Assembly (NCBI RefSeq): GCF_009914755.1
Contig: NC_060929.1
DNA length: 64,000 bases
Direction: 5' to 3' (one strand)
Origin: the human T2T-CHM13v2.0 reference genome, Homo sapiens
Within the stretch, counting starts at the first letter, position 1. The number at the start of each line of letters is the position of its first letter. A model generated the notes under the pieces. The model was not told the DNA's origin. It did not search any database and worked only from the letters and a program-made list of their open reading frames with translations. Made by a program: the position numbers and the translations under genes. Below, in pieces: positions 25,870 to 42,065 of the stretch.

Positions 25870-26145
25870 ATCTTAGTCTGTTCTTGCTGCTATAAACATT
25901 CCCTGAACTGGCCAGTTTATAAACAACAGAAATTTATTTCTTACAGTTCCACAGGCTGGGGATTCCAAGATTAAGACTCTGATAGATTTGATGTCTCATA
26001 AGGACTAATTTCTGGTTCATAGAGCCTTCTAATTGTGTCCTCACAGGGTGGAAATGACTAGCTAGATCCCTAGGATCTCCTTTGTAGAGGTACTTATTCT
26101 AGTCACATAGGCTTCACCCACATCATTGAATCACCTTTCAAAGGT
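25870..26145 (-). mobile_element. MLT1A-like MaLR LTR fragment
   Basis: 'tcttagtctgttcttgctgctataa...tttataaacaacagaaatttatttcttacagttcc..aggctggg'. Confidence 0.75.
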
Positions 26146-26789
26146 GGATAAGAAGGAAACAGAGATATTTGTACATTGCAGAGAATATAATGATTTGGCA
26201 TGAATCAATGCAGAAGTATAATAAAGTGGAGTAGAATGATCATACATAAAAAGATTCTATGCTCCATGTGTTGTTTGAAAGGGGACCACAAATATGTTAA
26301 TTACTTTTAATTTTAAGGGATATTATGTATTTTGAAATTTTAGTGATAACCACTAAAAGAGCAAAAATAGATTATTTAACTGTCAGACTAACATAGGGAA
26401 ACAATGAAATTAAGATAAATCAATACAAAGAAGACCTAGAAAAAGAAAAAAGAGCATAGAAAAATCATGGTATATAGCAAGATTGAAATATGATCATTAA
26501 AATAGTCTATTAGAAATCATAATCAATATCATGTAAAAGTTCCATTTACAAATCCCAAACTAACAAAGTAAAAGAAAAAAAAAATATATCTGCTTCCAAT
26601 AAGAGAAAGTAGCAAGAAATCTTGAAAACAGTAAAGTTGAAAATAAAAGAACAGAAAAAGCTACAACAAGCAAATACTAACCTAAAAAAATTGCACTTAT
26701 ATTACCATCAGAGAAAATGTACTTTGAGACAAAAAATTGTTTTCTACTTGATTAATGATTAAAAATATGATTAAATGAAAGGTAAAACA

Positions 26790-27435
26790 GTCTCTTTGCT
26801 AAAACTTTGCAAGATTATCCTTTACTCTAGTTCCCAACAAGTTCCTCATCTCCATCTGAGACCACCTCCGACTGGATTTTGTTGTCCATATTACTATCAG
26901 CATTTTGGTCAAAACCATTCAACAAGTCCCTAGATGTTCCAAACTTTCCCAAATCTTCCTGTCTTCTTCTGAGTCCTCCAAACTGTTCAACCTCTGCCCG
27001 TTACCCGGTTCCAAAGTCGCTTCCTCAATTTCAGGTATCTTTACAGCATCACCTCACTCTACTGGTACCAATTAACTGTATTAGTCAGTTTTTACATTGC
27101 TGATAAAGACATACCTGGACTGGGTAATTTATAAAGAAAAAGAGGTTTAATAGACTCACAGTTCCACGTGGCTGAGGAAAACTCACAACCATCATGGAAG
27201 GTGAAAGGAACATCTTACACGGTGGCAGGCAGAGAGAATGAAATCAAAGCAATAGGAATCCCTTCTGTAAAACCATCAGATCTCATGAGACTTATTCCCT
27301 GCCATGAGAACAGTATGGAGGAAACAACATCCATGATTTAATTATCTCCTACCAGGTCCCTCCCACAACACATGGGGATAATGGGAACTACAATTCAAGA
27401 TGAGATTTGGGTGGGGACACAGCCAAACCATATCA
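26790..27435 (-). mobile_element. THE1 5' LTR (27077-27435) plus ~290 bp of internal sequence
   Basis: LTR termini 'tgtattagtc'/'aaaccatatca'; adjacent 'ctggtaccaatt' LTR-internal junction and THE1-int 'ccagttcccaacaagttcctcatctccatctgagaccacctc'-like sequence. Confidence 0.9.
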
Positions 27436-28300
27436 TGTAGTAATCAAGATAGCCATTATTTCAAGCATAGAATATTACTAAAATTTTACTCTATGCTCTT
27501 GCATACAATAAGTATTAGGAACAATTTAAAAATCTATATCACACAGTCCTCTGTGACTACAATATAAATTTGGCATTTAGTTTAAAAAGAACTTCAACAA
27601 TTTTATATATTTGGAAATATGCACCTTTAAGCATACATTTTAAACATACATTTTAACTAAACATATAAATAAACAATATAAATACTTTATATAAAAATTG
27701 TAGAATGAAAGTTAAAGTGGCGCTTCAAGGAAAATTTAGAATCTTAAGTAATTATATACTAAAGAATAAAGCTAGAAAATTGTACTAAGAAATGAATATG
27801 ACAGAATAAACTCAAATACAATAGAGTTGTCAGTAGAAAAAAAGGAACAGAGTGTAAAGAAATAAGAAGCAAATCTATAATGAAGAGGAACCATAAAGCA
27901 AAAAATGTGGTTCTTTATAAAATTAATAAAATAGAAAACTTCTGGAAAAAACATTAGGATGAGCTAGAGAAAACACAATCAATGTTATGAATGACAAAAG
28001 TGACCTAAGCACAGACTGAGAAAAATAGAACATTTTAGAAATTTATTCAAAAACTATGGAAAATTTTGATTACATTGATATTTTTCCTAGAACAATATTA
28101 TTTGCATAAAAGAAAGAAAATTACTGAAGGTACCTATAGTCCTTAAACATATTTAATCAGTGTTTACAAAGTAATGACTCCTTTCATAAAATAAGGCCAT
28201 GAGTTCCATAGAGTTGTTATTAAGTATTAAAATGACTTTCAAAAAACCAGTAATTTTAATATCTATGTATTTGTTTTAAACAATAAAAAAAGATATAGAC

Positions 28301-28594
28301 TTTTTTTTTTGAGACAGAGTTTTGCTCTCGTCTCCCAGGCTGGTGGGTAGTGGTGCAATCTCGCCTTGCTGCAACCTCTGCCTCCTGGGTTCTAGCGATT
28401 CTCCTGCCTCAGCCCCTGAGTAACTGGGATTACAGGTACCCGCCACCATGTCCAGCTAAGTTTTTGTATTTTTAGTAGAGATAGGGTTTTATCATGTTGG
28501 GGCAGGCTGGTCTCAAACTTCTGACCTTAGGTGATCCACCCCCCTCAGCTTCCCAAAGTGCTGGGATTACAGGCATGAGCCACCGTGCCCGGCC
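28301..28594 (-). mobile_element. AluS (Sq/Sp-like)
   Basis: Full dimer; TSD aaga(t/g)atagactttt on both sides. Confidence 0.93.
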
Positions 28595-28619
28595 AAGAGA
28601 TAGACTTTTTAATCACTTT

Positions 28620-29800
<1,181 letters not shown>

Positions 29801-30196
29801 GCTATAAGCATGTATTATTAATTATTATTAATTAATATCTTAATATTAAATAACTATATAATTTTATATTTTAAATATATATCATATCTATTTATCTGCC
29901 TATTTTCATCATCGTAGTCATTATCATGTTAATAAAATGAAAGGCCTTGTAAGGAAGATTCTGAAGACTTAACCTCCCAAGTAGGAGGTATTTTCTCCCA
30001 AGTAGGAGAAAATACCAATAACTGGTATTGAGCATTATGGCCTCTCGCTTTATCAAAAAACCTCACACATCACTTTTTAAACACAATTAGAGAAATGCTA
30101 TCTTTTCCTCCAAACTACCATCTAAACAGCTGATAAAACAAATCTGTGACAGAAAAGAAATCCTACAATGAATGTGGTTCTAATTAAGAAGTTGAG

Positions 30197-30526
<330 letters not shown>

Positions 30527-32915
30527 TCAGTGCCTTTTTATGTCTTTAAATAAGTAAAGAAGAAAGGCATGTGAGCAATAAGAGAGTAAGAAAAACTTAC
30601 AAAAGCACTACTGGCAGTAATATTTATTATAATAACAATGCAGTTATATAACAATGATCACCATGCTAAGAGCTCTTCCATATGCGTAACAGCAAAACTT
30701 TCATAGAGTAAAAACTTGGCACAGAGATAATGCTCCCTTTGGGTTTTTGAAGGAATAAATTAATGAAAAACAAAATGTTTAAGGCACATGTATCTAGTGA
30801 ATTTAGCAATTTTCTATACCAGTGGTACTTTATTTAAGTGATGAAGAATTATGTGAACTTGGCTTTTGAGAACCCTACATTTACTATGTCATGGATTTGT
30901 TCTATTTTCAGCTGTATGATACTTCTAAGATATTATCAAAGAATATCAATAATACTGGAAATAAACCACATTATATTTATACTACTTAAAATATTTCTTA
31001 ATTTATCATGAAGTTGGAATATAAGATGTGTTCTCTAGAGTTGAACATTGAGGCAGTTAATATATTACCTCTGGACTCAATATTTGCCTGTTTTATTCAA
31101 CAATACAAAATGCATGAATTGGAAATTTCCACAGGAAAAATACATTCCTTGGAAATGAATTAAGAATAGAGAAATGATAGATAGAGTAAGAGAGAGAGAG
31201 GGAAAGGAAGTACTAAATCAATTGTTAATAAATAACTACCATGTAGGATTCCAGAAAAAATGAAGTAAAATTGAAGTATTTAGAAATGGATATGGCAGTA
31301 CCCAGAAATATTGCTTTCATTAAACTTCTATATTTAAATGGGTGTGTGAATCACACTCTCTGAGATTTAAGCTTTGGAAAGATTCATAACATTATTTACT
31401 GCTGAATAACTACACATATACGTACACGTGTGCACATTTTTATAGTATAGAGCACCATTTCCTGTCCAATGAAACTTTAAGTGATTAAATCCAGGCAAAT
31501 AATTAAACTGTTTGGAAACGTGAAAATGAAAATGCAAAACATGTCTGTGTTGGATAACACTATCTAAAAATCCTAGGTACAACTTCTTCATCAATGAAAG
31601 GTGATGACTGACTTAGTTGAGTACATACATATTTCTAGATTCAGCTCTAAATCTCCCACTCACTAGTGCTGTGACTCAACCCTCTTAATTTTTATGAGAC
31701 TTAAGTTTCTTTATCTGCAAATTGGATGAATTATTCAATAACAATCATAGAATTATTCAATAAAAGTTGATAATTTGTAGGATTAAATTTCCAAGAATGT
31801 CTAGAATGAATGTAAGGACATAAAATCTACTCTTCGTAATCAATGATAGATTCACATAATTGGGAGTGAAAATACTTTCAGATTACCCATGTCTAATCAT
31901 CGTCAAAATGAAATAAATTATAAATTTACTTATTATGCTCAAATTTTTTTCAAATGAGTGAAAGTAACTTCAGCATAAAATTTTAGAACATAGCCTCAGG
32001 ATGGATCTTTAAAAAATATTACTTGAAATTGGAAAAATGATAAAAAAGAATTGTCTAGAATAGTCACGGACTGCAAATCTTGCTAGGAGTCTGCAGGTGC
32101 AAAAATAAACCTGTAAAATGGAACAAATTTTCTAACTTGAAATTAGAAATGTGGCCCATGTCCATTCTTTAGAAAACTGATCGTTGTTTTTATTTAAAAG
32201 CAGACATCTGTAGCCACTCCACAGATTATGAGAATTGTAATCAGAAACACAGCATATGGTAGCAAGTGATGAATCTGAGGAGACACAGCTAAGTTTAGAT
32301 CTAACTAAAATTCCTAGGTTTCACTTTAAAACTAAATGTAAGAAACATTCTGGCGTCATTTATCATTACATGAAGTTAATATATGATGTTCTCATTTTTA
32401 ACTGGTCCCTTAAACAGAAGTATAAATGTAATACACACTTTCTATTTGAACTTTCTATTTGGTCTTTCCAATACAAAAAACTTGTGTTTGTTTTCTGTGA
32501 TGACAGATATACCAAAATAAGGGTAAAAAGTTAAAAAGTATACATATTATATACAATTATAGATAAATATATAGCTAGAAAACTCATAATGTATGTAAGT
32601 AGATTAAAATTCTACTTATATAGGAAAGCAATTCTGATAAATTTGGATAGTTACTTACTTAGCTTTTCCAGATTATTTCCTGTATTCTAGACCAATCTGA
32701 TGATACTCATTCAACCAATCACAGTTACATAATTGAACCATATACATAATGTAAAATTTATCATTGTTTAATCCCAGAAGCTTATTTTCAGAAAGTTAAC
32801 ATGAATATAAGTAAAAAAATCTCTGACTTTGTGAAGAATATCTCATGAAAGCAATAAAGAAATCCTGTTATTTGTAAAATATCTATTGTATTCCAATTTC
32901 AGTATAAGATTTGAG

Positions 32916-33256
<341 letters not shown>

Positions 33257-33504
33257 TCAGAATGATCTTGCCATCCTGCTCATCCCGCCGTATATGGCAT
33301 ATTGGGAAAATGCCGAGGCCATCCATCTGGACTCCTTCACTGCTTACACATTTGGACACAAGAAGTATTTTCCCCCTGCCATTTAGAAATGTGTGTATTG
33401 TGATGGGGGCAACAGTTGCGTGACAGGCTGTCTTGCGATCATCTGCCTAAAAACATGAAAACACATTTCTCTGCTTGTTTTTTGTTTGTTTGTTCCTACT
33501 TTCT

Positions 33505-33760
33505 TGAAGTCTTAGGTTAGTGGATAAAAGCATAAACCAAGGAGCCAGACTATTAGGATTCACATCCTTCTTTCTATACTTATTTGCTGAGAAGATTTGA
33601 AAATTGTTTTTCTTTGCACTTTCTATTTGTAAAATAGGCAGAAATTGTAGGTTTATCTTCATAGAGTTTTTATGAGGTTTAAATGGAATAATGGATGAAA
33701 GTAATTTACATCAGTGCCTGACACATAATAGTTAAACATGTTAATATTTATTTGCCATGA
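33505..33760 (+). mobile_element. MIR
   Basis: 'ggagccagacta' ... 'tttaaatggaataatggatgaaagta...cagtgcctgacacataatag'. Confidence 0.7.
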
Positions 33761-34179
33761 TTTATAATTATTACCAACTAACTCTATTGTGTGATTTTTC
33801 CCAGGAAAGATGATACCAATCTCTCTGTAGTTCAGATCCCCAAAGCTGTCTATGTGTTTGTTAAACTCCTGTTTTCAGGCAAAACTTAGAGAAGGAAAAG
33901 ATGCCATACCTCCTTCTCAGTAACCCATTACCATCTAAGGTGTTGGATATGGGACTTATTATTACCATTGCTCTTAAGAACCTCCTTTCCCAGCTCATAA
34001 GAAACTTTATCTGGTCTCATCCTGGAAAGATCGGGAGCTTAGAAGCCTAAACTTGACTAATTATGTATTCGTTATGGCCCATGATGTCTCAGGGTCTAGG
34101 GTTTCCAAATTTAAAATTCTTTTCTCAGCTTCTACTATAGCAACTTTATCCTAATGTTGTGATTTTTAAAATTTATTTT

Positions 34180-34760
34180 ATTGAGTGTTACAAATTACCA
34201 CAAATTTAGCAGCTTAAACCAAAACCGGTTTATTAGCTCAAAGCTCCATAGATCTGAAGCCAAGGTGGGCTCCACTATATTCTCTGTTTGGGATCCCACA
34301 AAGTCAAAATCAGGATATCAGCCAGGCTGAGTTCTTATTTGGAGGCTCTGGGAAACACTCTATTTCGAAAGTCTTTCTTATTGTTACAGAATCCAGTTTC
34401 ATGCAACTGTAGAACTAAAGTTCCTGATTCCTTGCTGACTAGTGGCTCAGGGCTGCTCTCAGTTTCTAGGAATCTCTTTCAAGTTATTTCCACATAGTAC
34501 CCTCCATTTCCCAACCAGCAACAATTCACCAAATTTTACTCATGCTTCCAATCTCTGGCTTCCTCTTTTGTTCTCAGCTGGAGAAAGCTCTGTGCTTTTA
34601 CACAGCTCAGGTGATTAGGTGAGACCCACCCTGATCACCTCCCTATTTTAAGGGTAATTAAATGGTAACCTTAGTGATATTTGCAAAAAATTTTTTGCTA
34701 TGTGACATGCTCATTAGAATAACACGAGGGAATGAAGATCATGGAGGCTATCTTAGAATT
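34180..34760 (-). mobile_element. MLT1D/E-type MaLR LTR
   Basis: 'acaaattaccacaaatttagcagcttaaac', 'tcagccaggctgagttcttatttggaggctctggg', 'aactgtagaactaaagttcc'. Confidence 0.8.
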
Positions 34761-35540
34761 TTTCAAATCATATTTAGGTAATAGATATGTGAGATCTAGG
34801 AGTTTGCTCCTATGGGGAAGAATCAGGGTAATCAAAAATTACACGAAGAAATATTGTCAAATGGTATTTTTAAATATTTTACTAACACTTTCATATTTCT
34901 GTATATGGTTTCTTGTCCAAATAATAGTTTTGTAAATGAATATTAAATTAGTGAATGAATAAAAGTGATATTGGTGATAAGAATCTTGTCATTTTTATCT
35001 GCTCCCTTTATTGTCAGAATGACTGCTAAATATTAATTCAGTCATTTTTTTCCCTAAGGCAAACCATTCCTTACTGGCTTATTTTTGCAACTTAATTCTG
35101 TTTTTAAAACTAATTCCTTTTGTTTAGAATAATGTCTTATTCATTATAGAATGTTTTTGTTATTTCAATATTTATTTTTTGTTTTTGAATGTTAGTTTAA
35201 ACTGTTTTTATATTTGTTATCAATTGTATGTTTAAAATATTTAATTTATTGAGAAATTGGCTTACAATTTTTTTCTAGAAGGTGTTAAAATTTGCTTTGA
35301 ATATCATTATGAACTATGATTACATCCAAAATGTAGGGTTTTTTTTCCCTTAAAAATCCAGTCTATTTGGAGAACTTAAAGTCAGTGTCTTATTCTCTAC
35401 CCTTCTCCTATGAAAGGAAGAGCTATTTAGTTGAAAATTCCTTGGTAAGTTTTAATTTTTTAATTATACAAAATATTGAAAATATAAACTTTTTAAAAAT
35501 GCTACACATGCTCCTCTAGCCTGAGACTATGCTGAGAAAG

Positions 35541-35805
35541 TAGTTGCTCTCAGGCTGAGCGGATAGCCCAGCCCAACATGTAGTTTCAGATTCAAGGATT
35601 AAAAAGCTGCCTTTATGTTGCTATTTTTCAAACATGCACAGACTTTTATACTTTTGTAGCTACAGAGCAATGCCAATTTTCTCATTTAACTCTTCTATTA
35701 AATAAAGTATGTAATCTAAATGGTAGGAATATACATTTACCCTGTCCAATGCAAACAGAATTTAACATTTTAGCATTCTTATTTGTCTTGATTTAACTCA
35801 TGCAA
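35541..35805 (+). repeat. Left arm of long-range inverted duplication
   Basis: Aligns by hand (~80-85%) to the reverse complement of 43387-43652, including perfect blocks 'tgctatttttcaaacatgcacagactttta' and 'gtagctacagagcaatgcca'. Confidence 0.93.
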
Positions 35806-38800
35806 AGAGTTTATATATGTCACCTCAATAGTTTGGAGCTAATGGACTAAGTTTTTTTATGAAACCTCAGAAAGGTCTATTCTCTAGTTTTTTGGGTTGT
35901 GCTTTTTTCTTGAGAAATATATACTTTAGAAGGAGAGCTTTTCTTCACCACAGTCGTCTACATATTTATTTGCAGTCCATCCTCCAAAGATATTTGCTTT
36001 TAAATTTCTGCCTCACAAGTCATAATTTCCATTTCAATATTTTAGAATTGTTCTCACAAGCTTCGCAGATATAATCTCTCCCCTCACCCTAACATGTTGC
36101 TTTGACAAAATTAATATAACAAAATGCTAAGATATTTCATGTACCTGTCACTTACTGGGGATTTCTGAATTCTGTGAGCATCTGTTTCCTGTTGCTGCTA
36201 AAGAGCAAGAAATCCAATTAAGAATAGTGAGAAAGGAGAGAATAGACTTCTTGATTTTGTAGGCAATTAGTCAATAGAAGTTACTGTGAAATTTTTATTC
36301 CTAAGGGGTTTCAATTATATGATAAAATTTTTCTGTTGTAAAGAAAGAGGTAGATTGAGGGACTTTTTGAACTTTCTTATATGTGTTTTATAAAAAAAAG
36401 ATTTACTAATACTGAATGATTCCTTTGATTGATTATTATTTTACATGTAAACATGGAAGGGAGAATACAAGTGTTATTTAATATAAATGTCAAAGAATGA
36501 TGCATATTTCATGAAGCTACAATAATTGAAAAATCTAGAAGAGAGCAAATCAACTGAAAACTGTTATCTGAAAGTAATTCTATGATCAGCTAGAGGAAAG
36601 AACTCCTAGTCTACTCAAATAACATGCTTATATAAAGAAGAATGGCCAAATAAGCATAAATTTTATATAAGATTTTATCATTTTCTCTACTTAGTTGAGC
36701 TCCACTAGAGTCTTTTTTTAATGTCACAGGAAGGAAAATGTGACCATTACTGCAATTCCTTTTTTTGTGTTAGTGAAAATTGCAATACAAAATAGGTAAT
36801 GCAACTCTCTGCTGCCCATGAACAGTAGTACCTCAGCATATCTCTACATGAAAGCTTATTTTACTATCACTTAAGGAACTCATTACCCTTTTATGAGGCT
36901 TACATGCTGCTTTACAAATATAGCACTCTAGTAACATTATGAAAGCATCATTATTCTTGCCAGTGGCATTTTTTAAAGCAAGGAAAAACTAGTTTGAAAA
37001 TAACTTCCTTAGTGTTCTTAGTCTTTTGTACTATGCTAATATTTTCCCACACTTTTGTTGAATTCTTAGTTTTATTTTAGTTTTTCCACCATCTGGAAGT
37101 TATTAAAATGTGAGAAAACTTGTATAATTCTGATTTAGTTGTTGAGGTAAGAAACTACTTTGGATCATCTTTAATAGAACAGGAAGGAGTCAGGCCCATT
37201 TCTACACAGGAGCCAATCAGTGTTCAACACAAACATTAGTTTAACATGGGTACCATTTTGATTCAAATATCACAGTAAGTTATTTTAGGTTCAAAAAGTT
37301 CAACTAACTTAGAGCACATATACATTACATTAGCAGTTTTAAACCATGTGGCAAAATGTCATGTAAGGTCTGCCCCCAAGTTGTTTATTATTAATAAAAA
37401 GTAAAATATAAAAATTTGTGAGTGATATATTTTACAGAGAAAGAAAAATATATTCCAATTTATTTTTATACTATCATTACCCTTACTTTTTGATATTTTT
37501 TCTTGAATAAGAAAAGTTGATGAATTAGCTGGAGTATGGTCTTGGGAAATACAGAGCACTGAGGGAGTGTATTTTGCAGGTAAATATTATTACACTTGGT
37601 GTCATGGTGAAAACAAGAGTGCAAACAGAACCAACTCACTACCTAGTATACCTCATTCTCTAATTTAGACTATCCCAATTTAAGATATTCCTCTAAGCTC
37701 ACCTATCTTTTAGAAAAATATATTTGAAATATAAATAATGAGACATTACAAGAGAAAGATTATTTTTCCATGTGGAAGTCATGAGAGACTTTTATGAACT
37801 GTAATTTAGTATATTTCTCAAGAGAATAAAAATGACTTTGATAATTCAGGACATAATGTCCAAAGTACAACAAAATGGATAGCTAAAAACTTAGCTTCTA
37901 TTGTTCTATGAAACTCATATAATTTATGAGTGTTCTGGTCTTCTTATGCCCAACAACTGCTAATATCCAATAACTATTTGAAAATATAACAATTTTGAAT
38001 TATTTATTAGTATTAATGAACCACACCTTTAACCAATACCTACAAGATTACAACCTTCCTAAAAATGAGATAACGATTTTTCAACAAGATAAGGATTTTT
38101 CTATACATCATGGAAAAGGACCTCCAAGAACTACTTGTTCAATTTCATTTATTTATTTATGTTTGGCTGGCCCTGATTTGAACCAAGATATATTCCAGAG
38201 CAGCTGAGGTGACATGAAGCTAGAAGGATATGAAAAATTCATAGCTATAAAGCATCAGATAATGGGTAACAAATGTAGTCCCTATTTTGTACATTGCATG
38301 ACAGTTTTCAAATGCTACATGTTTTTTCTCACAGTGAGAGTTCATTATAAAAGTATTAATAGAGATTTTATTATCCATCCAGGAACTTATAGAAAGCTAG
38401 AGAAGACACTAAAAAGGGATCAGTTCTAACTTATCATACAATATTGATGCATTTTAAACACAATGTGTAGTTTATAACTAAACATAAAGATGTGCCAAGT
38501 AATTTTTTTTTGAATTATCAAATGTCCAGTTGGATAAACAAGGCACCTGTAGATTTGGTTCAATTGATTCCATGTTATAATATGCTAATCCAATTTTATT
38601 TTAATTGGATTTAATGTTTAAGTTTTAGACTACTGAATTTGTAATCCTCATAAATTAATCTATAATTATTTTTAAAGTAATAAGCAATTATTTGGCAAAA
38701 ATCAATGTTCTCTTCGGACAAAAATGATGATTTACAATTGACATAATGTGAACTTGCCATTCCTCTTTCCCTAACTCTTCCTGTTCATTCCAGTTAATCC

Positions 38801-39332
38801 TTCTGTATCTGAATCTCACTTCATGAGAGGAATAACATGTTAAATAATGAAAAGATTATTCTAGAGAGAAGCAATCTGTTCAACACTTTCCGCTAACTAA
38901 TACAATTGTATAACTTATGTATTAGCTTCTTAATTGTGCTTCAGTTGTGTTTTAGCCTAGTAAGTATTTTTATTTATAAAATATCAATGCACAGTATCTC
39001 TATGGCACCTGGAGATAGGTAAAGACAGAACCATGCAGCGAATTGAGCATGATGATTCTCATATTTCAGAGAACTGGCTTCCAGAAAACGAGAGATAATA
39101 TAGGCAACTTTTTAGTAGAGGAAGTGAGAAAGGAAAATTTAGTTTTTTTGGTATGTGGCATATTCAGAGTTGGAATCATAGTTACTAAACAACTAGGAAA
39201 AAGAATGAGGAGTCCGCCATGGCAAGCAGAGTCAAGAAGTACTGAACACTGACTCGGTCATATTTTAGAATTGATTCAAGCTGAGAAATAATGCAAAATG
39301 ACTTACAATGTCTCAGTAAATCCTAATGTTGA

Positions 39333-39440
39333 TCATTCATTAGGTCAACAAATATTTATTGGGCATCAACTATGTGAATAGCAAAAAGCTAAATACTGTA
39401 TATGCTAAGCTGTGACACTATTCCTATCTTTAAGGAATTT
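39333..39440 (-). mobile_element. L2 3'-end fragment (a second one lies at ~39805-39910)
   Basis: 'cattcatt...caacaaatatttattgggcatcaactatgtg'; 'tttaacaaatatttattgagtg'. Confidence 0.7.
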
Positions 39441-41539
39441 TTAAAATGTAACCTCAATAGTAATAAAATTTGAGATATATTATGCATAGAGAATGACTGA
39501 TCAAAATATGTAATCATCTCGTGTTCATCTGGAAATTTGGACCTCAAAATACATATATTTAACCTATTCTTATGTTTAGTTATAGAATGACAAATTATTA
39601 CTACAATGTTAACCTAAATAATTGCATATCAGAGTAATAAATCAGACATGAAAAAGATAAAATTCAATAACTTGGCTGAGCAGTGATTGTGATTTGATGA
39701 ATTGACTATTACAGATATTTCTGTATACCATCTTAACAGTAAATTCTGGGGGCAAGATATTGATAAATTTTTACTTCTAAATAAGTCCAATTGATTGGTT
39801 TCATTTGCTGATTTAACAAATATTTATTGAGTGTGCATTAGCTCTCTAAGCATTGTTCAAGGTTCTAGGACTAAAAAGGTAAATAAAATAGACATGGTCC
39901 CTATTGCAAACATGAATATTTTGGAAAGAAATTCAAACAAGGCTAGAGTTCCATTTAGGATTGATAGGTGCATGATAAGTACCTGATGTGTCTGAGGTGC
40001 TGATTTAATCCCTGATGATAATAGGGATAAGTATAGAGATGTTACACAGAAAAGATCTCCGAATTAAATTCTGGATAATACCCACAGTGAGAAGGTGAGA
40101 ATAGCAAAGGGGTAATATTGGAGGGTCAGGAGAATAAATATCCATGGAAGTAGATGGAGATAACACATTAAAAGCCACTAATACCAAAGAGAGAGAAAAT
40201 GTGAATATAAAACAGGTGGTTAAAAGTGTGAAGTGTCAAGATAAATTCAGTCTGATAAAATAACTTTCTTTGTGGCTAGTAGTTATGAAAAATACATTAG
40301 AGTAAATGGAAAAGAATTAAGACAATTGATCAGACCAGATAATTTAGGCCAGTTTCCCCTCATCGCCTCAATAAATATCTACATGTGACAGAAAAGTGGT
40401 CACTGATTTGTTTAAATGTGTCTAATTTTTTCATTTCAGCCTGAGAAAGAGATTTTAGACTAGGTTATAGAAACTAGGTTATAGTGTCATGACAAAGGCT
40501 GGAGTATGAGTTTGACCCAACATTATATAAAATCCTGCACACATTAATTTAGCAATGGTAAATCTGTAAATTTATGCTTACAAATTGCTCATTTCTACCT
40601 CTAGGAGGAATTTTCAATGATGTTTTGCTTTTGCCTCACCTTATTATCAGTTCCTTAACATCAAGCGTATAAGATTTTAACTATATGAGGTATCTACCAA
40701 GTAGAATTGCAATTTAAACATTTCTAGTAATCTATTTTAATATTTGATTAAATAATAATATGAACTGTTAGCTATTCAATCGTCCTTTTCTCTTATTTAT
40801 TTACCATAAAAATCTGAAGTACTACAGGGAAAAACTTGCGTTAGGAGAGGAAAAAAGCATTATTCTGGGTAACACTGATGGGCTCTATTTGTCAAAATGT
40901 GTGTCTGTAAAAAAAGAATTTTGATCAAATGTACTGAAATATGTTGGTCTGAACAAGGTAAAACCTATTTCTTTATTGCAAGACTTCTCAGAGACTGGAT
41001 AAACATAAAATCATAAGGGCTTAGATTGTTTATACCTTAGTTACCCCTGTATATTAAGTGTGGGGTACTCAATAAATATTGATTTAATAAATATCCTAAT
41101 GCAAGCTGTGATTCTCTAGAATGAGAGTGAAAATATGCTATAGTTCCCAAATATATTTGGCCCAGGTCCTTTTTTTTCCCCACAGAGCATCTTGCTGTAC
41201 AGAACACACGTTAGGAAATGCTAATGTTTGGATTATTCCTGGAAGAGACTATTACTAGGAATCCCTTTCCCAAAAACTTTCTCTAGAGCAAATTGTTAAA
41301 AATAAAGTCTATTATCACAAAAATTCAATAAGCACTGACAGAATGCCTACAGTTCCAGTTATTGTGGAAAGTACAAAATATTGGGAATATTAACATGGTT
41401 ACAATTAAGTCCTTGCGTCCAGATTTTGCCACAGTGTGTTGAAATAATTTGTGTTTGACTGGCTTATTATAATGTACACTACAGATATAAGTGGTAGTTC
41501 AAAGCAACAATAAATAGGGAAGAAGGCAGGGGACACAGT

Positions 41540-42065
41540 AAATAGCATTTGTAATACACCTACTCTGAGTCATGCACTGTATATATATATATATATATAT
41601 ATATAAATTTCACCCACTTCATAGGCCTATGAGTTTAGTAAGCATCATGACCTGCTAGCACAGAAATTTAGAGGCAATATAGTATATTGCATAAGAACAT
41701 GGAGTCTGCAGTGAGGTCACTGGGGTTTGAAACCTGTTTGTGCTACTTGCTTACAATGTGGCCTTGGATACTTTACTGTATAGATACAGATATAAAGATA
41801 AGAACATTGTGTGTCAAATGCCATTACTTACACAAAGGGATTCATAACAACATCTATTTTATTGGGTCACTGTGTGGATTAAATGAGATAATACATGTAA
41901 AGCATTTTAAACCATACCTAGCACGTGGTAAAGATCAGGTCATTACTGTTTTTATTACAAAACAAATAACTTGCCCAAGGTCATTGCAGCTGTTTGTAGT
42001 AGAGTCAGGATTCATCCTGAATCTGTCTGGCTTCGGAAGCCCAGGCTCTTTTTTCACTACCTCAA
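41540..42065. mobile_element. MIR(+) at ~41673-41960 nested in MIR(-), with (TA)n at 41580-41604
   Basis: Sense MIR 'ggattaaatgagataatacatgtaaagca...cctagcacgtggtaa' splits an antisense MIR that resumes at 'aaataacttgcccaaggtca'. Confidence 0.7.

Larger units (their letters stand above)
24850..28260 (+). mobile_element. Old L1M (ORF1/ORF2 region), interrupted by MLT1 and THE1
   Basis: A-rich sense L1 motifs 'ttttccagaattattgaaag', 'caacccagtattttatatccaacaaaactacc', 'tggttctttataaaattaataaaatag'. Confidence 0.65.
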
